Part shown: positions 43,202-49,800 of the stretch, piece by piece
Layout of the letters: every line of letters begins with the position of its first letter
How positions within the stretch are numbered: the first letter of the stretch is position 1
Source of the DNA: Phoronis australis
Taxonomy: Eukaryota; Animalia; Phoronida
Direction of reading: 5' to 3'
Assembly: GCA_002633005.1 (NCBI GenBank)
Contig: NMRA01000043.1
Coordinates: forward strand, 596,476-660,475
DNA: 64,000 nt
Made by a program: the position numbers and the translations under genes
Notes under the pieces: model-generated
Seen by the model: the letters and a program-made list of their open reading frames with translations, nothing else
Databases searched by the model: none
What the model was told of the DNA's origin: nothing

Positions 43202-44829
43202 CAAGAGAAGTGTTATATGTACGTGTGTGTGTGTGTTTTCAAGAGAAAAGCGCCACATATCTCTTGTGTCTTTAGATGTGGCCAAATATCTCTTGTGTCT
43301 TCAGATGTGGCCACATATCTTTTGTTTTTCAGTCAGGTGAGAAGTTTCAACAGATAAATGAGGCGATGCGTGCTGTGAAAAGAAAGCAGCCAGGGTTTGC
43401 TACCTCCAATCGACAGAAGAAGCTCACGTTTGAGACGTTTGAAGAACACAGGTGAGTAGGCAACAGGGCTTACTTCACTTCATTGCCTTTCATGTGTTGG
43501 AATAAAAACTTATGATTGTGATTTAATCCATTGAGCAATTGTCCAGTGGTTTATCATGTACAATTGTCCTATAATTACCATATACCATGGTTACCATATA
43601 CAATTATTGTATAAAAAAACACAGAACAAGGCCAAAAATACAGTCGGTACTGGTCTGTTTTTTTAAATCAAGTTGGTGATGTATATTTTAGCTACTCACT
43701 TTTCTATTAAAAAATCACCTAAGATGATAAAAATGATGTAGATTTGTCTTTATTTTTACTTATCACTTGGCAAATCATGCCGTCTCAATCGTTGCTTACC
43801 CTTGCTTGCATACCTTCATACATCTTTTCCTGATGTTGATGCGGGCAGACATTTCTTTCTATTTCCTTTGAGTCGGTGAATGCAGGCTTCAAAGTGAGTT
43901 TGGATAGAGACCACAACCTAGTATGCTCTTTTTGGCTAACATTTCTTCTGTATTATCAAACAGACATTTGATGATTTGCAAGTGCAAGAGCAACTGAAAG
44001 TTGTTTTTACTTGATCTAGTCACCAAAATCCCTTTTTGCTTTGTCACCCCGCTGCACCAACTGAAAGTTTAGTTAGAATAAGGTATGGCACTATATCCAT
44101 CAACTTTCTTGATGAATGTTCACAAAACTTGGCAAATAATATTCAAACAAGGAGACGGCAGCACTCGCCTCATACCTGACAGATTTGCAATATAGCCATC
44201 CGCGGATTTGTTTATACCAATGAACTTAAAGATTCAAAATACTTTTCAGAATAAGTAAAATATATCTGATTGACCTAAAATGCCATCAAAAAGGCATTAG
44301 TCCCCTTAACTCAACCTTCAAGTTGTCCGCTCAACAGAGTTTACTGTTTATGTTTCAGCTGTCCTGACCAACTTACAATCAACACAGATCATGTAAGAGA
44401 TGTTGTTACAAGGAAAACTGTGGAGCTAGGTAAGGCTTGTTTACTTCCTTTCACTAATTCATGTGTTATACATATGTGTGACACATTCTCTATATTGGGT
44501 AATGCCTATTGAGATACTTTGGTAATGCCTTAATCATAGAGGGCGCTGGTGATCTGTTAACTTATTTTTTTACTTGGTTAATCGTTCACATGTCTAGAAT
44601 GAAGTGGATTACAACAATATTTTGGAGTTGGTGGTTTTGTGGTTGTTTTACACAGTCATTTGAGTCATGTTCGCCTGTGTGTTATTGAGTTCTTACTACT
44701 GTACAAGTGCTTATGTGTCCATCGACAAATGAATTCTGCTTGCCATTTCATTGGATGGCAGCTTTGGATGACAAAATTATGATTTTCAAGTTTTCAGGAG
44801 ACTCTGGTGCACTAGATTTGATAGTCTGA
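7867..44829 (+). CDS. RB1: Retinoblastoma-associated pocket protein, RB1-type (25 coding exons, ~855 aa)
   Basis: Manually spliced GT-AG exons with consistent phases: 7867-7992, 9982-10037, 10339-10434, 10938-11069, 11477-11518, 15184-15266, 16429-16539, 21003-21094, 21826-21891, 22700-22860, 23764-23854, 25544-25717, 26417-26531, 27317-27474, 28042-28199, 31039-31151, 31468-31532, 33541-33618, 36633-36740, 38842-38967, 40074-40138, 42952-43081, 43333-43451, 44359-44429, 44798-44829 (sum 2568 nt). Peptides are collinear with RB1: [100 protein letters not shown]. Start codon and last exon are less certain. Confidence 0.93.
9515..9655. repeat. Tandem duplication (~75 bp x2)
   Basis: atgttctga...atgccaccttcactgctatgttatctggt occurs twice. 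Confidence 0.8.
9982..10037 (+). CDS. RB1: RB1 exon ([19 protein letters not shown])
   Basis: cag/gtaaag boundaries; WLAC-LY pocket-protein N-domain motif. Confidence 0.85.
10339..10434 (+). CDS. RB1: RB1 exon ([32 protein letters not shown])
   Basis: cag/gtgaga boundaries, phase 2-2, open frame. Confidence 0.75.
10938..11069 (+). CDS. RB1: RB1 exon (MAELCSQ...[18 protein letters not shown])
   Basis: tag/gtaagc; resembles RB1 SRLLKKYDVLFALFSKLER. Confidence 0.88.
11477..11518 (+). CDS. RB1: RB1 small exon ([13 protein letters not shown])
   Basis: tttcag/gtaagg, phase 2-2. Confidence 0.75.
11575..11830. repeat. 35-bp minisatellite (taatagtgttagattgctccacacctaatgcttgg), continues degenerate at 14650-14850
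   Basis: About 7 near-identical units; array split by an insertion. Confidence 0.9.
11839..14645. mobile_element. Kolobok-like non-autonomous DNA element (TTAA TSD)
   Basis: ttaa|agacatagtttcaca ... tgtgaaccaatctct|ttaa; interrupts the 35-bp minisatellite. Confidence 0.65.
15184..15266 (+). CDS. RB1: RB1 exon (...[11 protein letters not shown])
   Basis: Resembles RB1 SWITFLLAKG; cag/gtacat. Confidence 0.88.
15716..16307. mobile_element. hAT-like MITE, CAGTGCTC...GAGCACTG, 5-bp TSD (tttta)
   Basis: 8-bp perfect TIR and flanking tttta duplication. Confidence 0.6.
16429..16539 (+). CDS. RB1: RB1 exon ([28 protein letters not shown])
   Basis: Resembles RB1 [28 protein letters not shown]; cag/gtaggt. 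Confidence 0.9.
17348..18382. mobile_element. hAT-like MITE family A copy 1 (6-bp TSD tatcca)
   Basis: CA(T/G)ACCTGTGTACCA...TGGTACACAGGTCTG; highly similar to 40174-40887. Confidence 0.8.
19270..20387 (+). mobile_element. Helentron/HINE (DINE-1-like) non-autonomous element copy 1
   Basis: T-run insertion site, subterminal IR atgcgcccac/gtgggtgcat, 3' stem-loop caacg-ttccg-cgttg then ctcttgtt, internal tandem modules with ccacctagtgg. Confidence 0.65.
20540..20790 (-). mobile_element. Interspersed repeat, Penelope-like terminal fragment, copy 1
   Basis: Reverse complement of 39395-39650; hammerhead-like CTGATGA-T-GAGAC...TCTC-CAAA. Confidence 0.5.
21003..21094 (+). CDS. RB1: RB1 exon (...[15 protein letters not shown])
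   Basis: ttcag/gtgagt; resembles IEVLCKEHECNIDE. Confidence 0.82.
21177..21340. repeat. 33-bp minisatellite (gtaggacagttgccataaccatctaaagtacaa)
   Basis: About 5 units. Confidence 0.85.
21826..21891 (+). CDS. RB1: RB1 exon ([22 protein letters not shown])
   Basis: tag/gtaaga, phase 0-0. Confidence 0.75.
22700..22860 (+). CDS. RB1: RB1 exon (LAYVEKQY...DFNELLFLD...ATPI)
   Basis: Resembles RYEEIYLKNKDLDARLFLD and the TPVR CDK site; cag/gtgagc. Confidence 0.88.
23764..23854 (+). CDS. RB1: RB1 exon, start of pocket A ([15 protein letters not shown]...[10 protein letters not shown])
   Basis: Resembles [28 protein letters not shown]. Confidence 0.9.
24590..24765. repeat. ~57-bp tandem repeat x3
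   Basis: cacaaattgttagaagtgcacaaatatctcaatgtcaaggtcacaagcccacaaat repeated. Confidence 0.85.
25544..25717 (+). CDS. RB1: RB1 exon, pocket A (KCPTSP...[19 protein letters not shown])
   Basis: Resembles NCTVNP...RYKLGVRLYYRVMESMLKS. Confidence 0.92.
26417..26531 (+). CDS. RB1: RB1 exon, pocket A ([31 protein letters not shown])
   Basis: Closely matches RB1 [31 protein letters not shown]. Confidence 0.95.
27317..27474 (+). CDS. RB1: RB1 exon, pocket A ([29 protein letters not shown])
   Basis: Matches [26 protein letters not shown]. Confidence 0.95.
27691..27860. repeat. 34-bp minisatellite x5
   Basis: tggaaacactaataaggcttatctatggaggtac. Confidence 0.92.
28042..28199 (+). CDS. RB1: RB1 exon, end of pocket A and spacer ([22 protein letters not shown]...)
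   Basis: Resembles [22 protein letters not shown]; donor gtaagt at 28200. Confidence 0.92.
28173..28552. repeat. 38-bp minisatellite derived from RB exon end plus splice donor
   Basis: gttcagtaacactgcaccatgtgatctgtaagttgata about 10 times; first unit overlaps exon 28042-28199. Confidence 0.9.
30952..30994. repeat. (GT/GC)n microsatellite
   Basis: Alternating purine-pyrimidine tract. Confidence 0.9.
31039..31151 (+). CDS. RB1: RB1 exon, spacer and pocket B start (FKSP...[12 protein letters not shown])
   Basis: Resembles KSTSLSLFYKK; cag/gtaagt. Confidence 0.9.
31468..31532 (+). CDS. RB1: RB1 exon, pocket B ([16 protein letters not shown])
   Basis: Resembles VYRLAYLRLNTLCERL. Confidence 0.9.
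33541..33618 (+). CDS. RB1: RB1 exon, pocket B (IWTCFEY...LMRNRHLDQ)
   Basis: Hallmark LMxDRHLDQ-type motif. Confidence 0.95.
33976..34489. mobile_element. hAT-like MITE, CAGGGCTTGGAAT...ATTCCAAGCCCTG, 6-bp TSD tggaag
   Basis: 13-bp perfect TIR, subterminal ttccgc repeats, tggaag on both flanks. Confidence 0.85.
34515..35696 (+). mobile_element. Helentron/HINE-like element copy 2
   Basis: Collinear with 19270-20387, same 3' stem-loop caacg-ctctg-cgttg; fragment also at ~27550-27690. Confidence 0.65.
35805..36152. mobile_element. MITE with ~30-bp TIR
   Basis: ggtctaatcttagtacacgaaatcaaact / agttcaatttcgagtacaaagattagacc. Confidence 0.65.
36250..36632. repeat. 33-bp minisatellite abutting RB splice acceptor
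   Basis: ggtgttcttgttgttgagattgtattttatgga about 10 times; last unit ends ggtgttcttgcag at the exon. Confidence 0.9.
36633..36740 (+). CDS. RB1: RB1 exon, pocket B ([12 protein letters not shown]...FKEIVSYYK)
   Basis: Matches IMMCSMYGICKV...FKIIVTAYK. Confidence 0.95.
38842..38967 (+). CDS. RB1: RB1 exon, pocket B end (VYKDVLV...[10 protein letters not shown]...FILQF)
   Basis: Matches [20 protein letters not shown]. Confidence 0.95.
39395..39730 (+). mobile_element. Interspersed repeat, Penelope-like terminal fragment, copy 2
   Basis: CTTATGA-T-GAGAC-atgta-GTCTC-GAAA and a second CTGAAGA motif downstream. Confidence 0.5.
40074..40138 (+). CDS. RB1: RB1 exon, C-domain ([19 protein letters not shown])
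   Basis: Resembles PPTLSPIP...SSP CDK-site cluster. Confidence 0.85.
40174..40887. mobile_element. hAT-like MITE family A copy 2 (6-bp TSD tagcac)
   Basis: CAGACCTGTGTACCA...TGGTACGCAGGTCTG with tagcac on both sides. Confidence 0.82.
41137..42775. mobile_element. Kolobok-like non-autonomous DNA transposon (TTAA TSD)
   Basis: ttaa|ggtaggtgtatacac ... gtgtatccacctacc|ttaa; inserted into an older repeat whose uninterrupted form is at ~60540-60690 and ~32000-32100. Confidence 0.82.
42952..43081 (+). CDS. RB1: RB1 exon, C-domain ([13 protein letters not shown]...[16 protein letters not shown])
   Basis: Resembles IPGGNIYISPLK...MTPRSRILVSIGESFG. Confidence 0.92.
43120..43240. repeat. Compound (GT)n microsatellite
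   Basis: (GT)n tracts within a repeated ttcaagagaagtgttatatg module. Confidence 0.9.
43333..43451 (+). CDS. RB1: RB1 exon ([12 protein letters not shown]...KKLTF)
   Basis: Resembles TSEKFQKINQMV...KKLRF. Confidence 0.9.
44359..44429 (+). CDS. RB1: RB1 penultimate exon ([23 protein letters not shown])
   Basis: tttcag/gtaagg, phase-compatible, weak homology. Confidence 0.65.
44798..44829 (+). CDS. RB1: RB1 probable terminal coding exon ([10 protein letters not shown])
   Basis: ttttcag acceptor, phase 1, TGA then T/G-rich 3'UTR-like sequence; alternative acceptor near 45268 possible. Confidence 0.5.
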
Positions 44830-45782
44830 TGGCTATTTCCATTTATAAGAAACACATATGGATGAAAACTTTCTCTTCTATCTGGTCGTATGTAGGCACA
44901 TGCTAAAATGATACACAGTTTTGAATTAAATGAACAAGGAATGTGAGGGTAACATTCTATTTCGGTTCTGAATTTCTTTTGCTCTTTTCCTATAGTTGCT
45001 GCATTTGGACACTCGGATGAGAATGCCAAGTGATTGGGGTGAAGTCGTGGAAACAAAAGTCGTGAGATTTTTATCTAGTGGAGGGTATTTCCCACATTTC
45101 TGTTAATTCTCAACAATAAGTGAATTAGAAACTTGTTGTAGTTGAATGTGGTCAAATAGTAGCGTTGCATAACACAATGCTTATTAAATCAAGTCTAAAG
45201 TCAGCTTTAAATTAGATTATGACTGGTTCCAATGCAAATTCATTGATAACCTCTGTGTTGAACTTCAGTGATAAGGGGTGTAAGGATATTCAGTGATAAG
45301 GACTCTAATGAAGTCAGCTATAAACAGGTTCATTATCAACTGCACAGGGTCAGTTACAAGTGAATGTGTGTCGTTCTGGAACCTGGCTCACCATAAGAAA
45401 AAGTTGTATAAATGGTTTCTATGCCCAATAGAGGTCACTAGATATGTTGTTGTATTTGACTCCCACCTCCTTTTTGTCTAAATACATTGAATGGGTGGTG
45501 TTATAGTGGTCTTCCTTTTTGCCAATGTAAAGTTTTGTTAATTTGAAGAATGCAATTAGCATATTGTTTTTGTTGATTACATAGTTGTTTGAAATGGGGA
45601 TTTTATTGAGCTTAGTGAACCAAGGTTTGTGGTAAATGTTTGCATTTCATCTTAATAAATTGCTCTTTTATAAGACTTTGTATTTTGATGTCTGTTGTGT
45701 GATAATAATTATGTGACATTTAGGCAATAGTGGAGTCTGTGCCATGAAAAGGTGAAAATGTTTAGAAAACAAACTGTAAATG

Positions 45783-45804
45783 TTTATTATTAATCTTGAA
45801 TAAA
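45783..45804. terminator. Back-to-back polyadenylation signals of convergent PKS (-) and RB1 (+)
   Basis: TTTATT at 45783-45788 and AATAAA at 45799-45804; strand composition flips from T/G-rich to A/C-rich here. Confidence 0.45.
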
Positions 45805-46551
45805 GTAAATAACCTCCGCACCAAGTTCACCATAGGACTTCCCTGAACACAAAAATATGTGATTCACATATCTTCTTTTCAAATGCAAAATAGGTATGAA
45901 AACTTTAAATTAGTAGATATTTACATATCACATGTATGTATGAGAATATTATTCAACACAGTCAACTTATACGTCACACCACAATGGCCACATCGGAAGT
46001 CTCACAACCAACAAATAAGACACAAGGGGTCTCGTTCAAAGCAGGCCAAGTCAATCATTCGCGGCATCGCGATACATTTCATGAAATAATATGTCTAGTA
46101 AGGGACTTTGTCCTGAGATTTTTGGAATGTCTGCTAATGCGCCAAAAGCGGCTTTCTACAACAACGTGATTCATCGTTTGCGTTTTTAAACATTTGTTAG
46201 ATACTAAATAATGCTGTTAAAAACGAGAATAAAAAAGAACACATTCACTCGCACGCATACATTATTTACCACATTTATGCATCGTTATTGAAAGACGAAT
46301 AAGCTGGGGTGTTGACAATTAACTGACCTGGAATAAGTCTAATTATTATCGCCAAATATTTAAAGTTCATACCGTAACCATTCGTTTCATTAAGTAAAAT
46401 CTTCCAAGACCTAATAGATGAGTTTCTTAAAAACATGCGATTTTTTACCGCGTTTGCTTTCTGCAAAATAAAAGCTGCTCTTTAGAACTACATAACAAAA
46501 ATAACTTGCTGCATTATAACTGCTAGGTTTAGATTAACTCGTTCAGCAATC

Positions 46552-46814
46552 TTAGAACGAGATGACCACCTCTCCTGCCAAAGCTTTCTCAAGTAAACTG
46601 GCCGTGGTCATGCCGCCCAGTATATCTAGTTGGGATATGCTCAAGTCGAATTCCTTGTTTACCCAGTTCACCATGTCTACGGCCATCAGGGAGTCGACGC
46701 CGTAGTCGATCATTGGTCTGCTTGTGTCTATGGCGTCAGCGGACACGTAGAGGATTTCGCTTAATTTGGCGATGAACTTCTTCTCCAGGTCTTCACTTGT
46801 GATACTTTGGTTAC
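46552..46814 (-). CDS. PKS terminal exon encoding ACP (DYGVDSLMAV)
   Basis: ttctag acceptor, phosphopantetheine DSL motif, stop at 46552; no TE follows. Confidence 0.92.
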
Positions 46815-49800
46815 CTAGAAGAACGTGTTGTGGTCATACGCGAGATGTCAATGGTGCAACGTTTCCACTATAATTCTTACCGTCTTGTTTAAGTCTGGTG
46901 TAAACCCACCTTTCATCAAAAACGAATTTTTGATTCAGACCTCTTTACCGCGATAAAAGTGATTTTTAACGTCTTTCTAACACATGTGAGAAGGGGTTTC
47001 CGGGCTTGGAAAGAAGTGGTAATTCGTTAACACGTAAGACCATACTAGGCGCTTAAATGACCTGCCGTGACAAGCCATCTTGTTGACTCTCGTCTCAAGC
47101 AATACCAATTGACAGTTCTTTCTAAGTTTCAGAGTTTCACCCTCATGAAAAACTCACAAACAGTACATTTGCTTGGAGAGGTTAGATAAATTCAGTTTCT
47201 GTGGTGGCCTAGAATTTTGACCGTGTCCTACAGTTAGTGAACATACGATGTCTCCCCTTTGTTGTGGTTATGTTACTTACCTGATGATGTTTTGTTGGAT
47301 GTGAGAAGGTGGCGAATTTTCATCATATTTCTGTGACAGAACTGCGCCGTGGACTCCCACTCCTGCAAAAGACAATGTTCAGTCAATCACAACCAATGTT
47401 GTAGCCACAAAACAGCTTCTAAAAATGGTTATGGATTTTATTTTTATTGATACACTGCATGTCGCTAATGTCTAATTTATTTTGTTTGAAATAGCAATCG
47501 ACAAGTTCTAGTTGACTTTTTTATCTAAGGAACGAGTTATGCAAAACAGTTTCATTCCTTGTATTCGACATAAATAACCGGGATTTACTTGTGGATGTAT
47601 GTTATTTTTTCATAAAAATTTAGTATAAAATATCTTTGAAAGTACGTACCATATTTGCCAAAGCCACAACTGGAGGGACGTCTGCTTGCTGGAGTATCTT
47701 TGAGAACATCTCCAAGTATTCTGCGATGTGGAGCGTCCTCAAACCTTTGCTGTGAACGATCTTGGATGCCGCCGCTTTTCCTTCGAGAAAGCCAGCGCCT
47801 CGGACAGCGCCCATTTGAAGAGATAGCCCTGGCAGTCCTTCATTGCGTCTCTGAGTCGCCAACTCATCCAGGAAAGCATTGGCAGCGCAGTAGCTAGCTT
47901 GCTCAGGATTACCCCAAACAGAGTTGATGGATGACATCATGACAAAATAGTCCAAATCCAGGTGTTTTGTGCACTCGTGCAGGTTATACGCACCAAATGC
48001 CTTGGCCCTGATTCCTCGAGTGAGTTGATCTTCTGTCATCTTTGAAATCGACGAATCGTCAATTACCGCTGCTAAGTGAAAGACGCCCTTGAGCGGCGGT
48101 GCAGGAGACAGAAGACTCTGAAGCGCCTGCTCTACGGCTGTCTTGGAGGCTACGTCAGAGCGCAGCTCCTTCTCGTAGACAGTTATGCCCTGACGTTGCA
48201 GGTGTTCAAGTGTGCATCTTTGTAATCGCGTCTTGCATCCACTTCTTGACATCACGGCTATGTGTTTGGCCCCCTTCTCTCCCATCCATCTGACCAAAGC
48301 TTGACCAATGCCGCCGAGACCTCCTGTTACTAAGTACGTAGCTTCAGGTTTGAAACACTGTGGGGACTGCTTCACCTCAGCTGGCGTGAATCGAGCAATA
48401 TTCATGACGATTTTACCGATGTGCTTTCCTGTCATCATCCATCGAAATGTGTCCTTGTATTCCGATAAACATCTCACGTGGGTTTCTATTGGTTTTAGCG
48501 TCCCTTCTTCTAGCAAGGAACACACTTTCTCGAGGATTCTTTTGACGGCCGTGGGTCGTTGGTTCATAAAAATGTCGATTTGTACGGACATGAAACTCTT
48601 GTTTTCCAACAATGACTGCATTTGTAATGAACTGTTGGAGAGAATGTCGCGTTTGCCGATCTCACAAAATCGTCCCCCTGGTTTAAGCACGTCAATGCCT
48701 CTCCGGATATATTCTCCTGACAGACTGTTAAGAATGACATCTACTCCTTCTCCTTGTGTCCACTCCAAAATGTCGTCTGCAAAAGACAAAGAGTGCGAGT
48801 CTGCCACGTGTGGCACGTTACACTTGTTTCTCAAATATTCTCTTTTCATCTCACTGCCAGCAGTGCAGAATACTTGCGCACCAACCATTCTTGCGACCTG
48901 AATTGCCGCCTGTCCAACTCCGCCACAAGCAGAGTGTATCAAAACAGATTCTCCCTTTGTTAACCTTGCACGTTCGATAAGGGCGTGATAGGCAGTGGTA
49001 TAGACTATAGCTACGCCAGCAGCATCTGTTGTTTGAATGTTTGGAGGCTTCTTAACCACCAGATCGGAATGACAAACTGCATGTGAACCGAAACAATGAT
49101 CACCAAATGCGATTACCTCGTCACCTGGTTTTAGATGTGTAACGTCTTTTGAGACTTCTTGCACCGTTCCAGCGCACTCTAAACCGAACTGTGGGGAAAT
49201 ACTGAGACCATCAAGCAGCCCTGTTGTCATCATGATGTCTTTGAAATTTACAGCAGCGGCACTGACCTTCACAAGAACCTGATTGTGTGAAAGTGGGCGG
49301 AGCTTGTACTCATAGAAGCTGATTTCATCCACGTGTTTAGCATGCTGAGGAAAGTCGAGTTTCCAATTTTCTACTTGTGTTAATTTGTCATGAATCATGT
49401 TGTTACGAACTAAGCGTGGTACTAAGGTGTCTGTCTTGGTAAGAACAAGCTCTCTGTCGGACAAATTCCTCTCAAGAAATATTTCTCGTAGTTGCCTACA
49501 CTCTGATTCAATGTTGTCGATGGTGACGGTAAACATCGGGAAGTCAGGCATTTCGTTGCAAACAACTCTGGTGAAACCTGTTGGAAGTCCCGTGAATGGC
49601 GTGTCTTTATTGCCTAAAGTGACAACCCAGAAGCTTTCGATATTTTTTAAATGTGCGTGCGCCTCTTTTACAAGTTTCATTGTCGTGGTGAGTGTTCGGT
49701 CGTTCTTGTCCCAAATATAAGCAATGTTAAGCTTTCGTTCATCAAGATCAACCAGTTGGTCAAAAGCCGGTAAACACTTTGGAGTGTATGTTTCAACTGT

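Noticed and set aside
45269-45363. Alternative RB1 last exon (VIRGVRIFSDKD...*)
   Set aside because: Phase-compatible but no homology support; the nearer acceptor at 44797 is preferred, unresolved without RNA data
46855-46920. Possible SINE 3' remnant hinting at a molluscan host
   Set aside because: Too degenerate to support either the element or a taxonomic call
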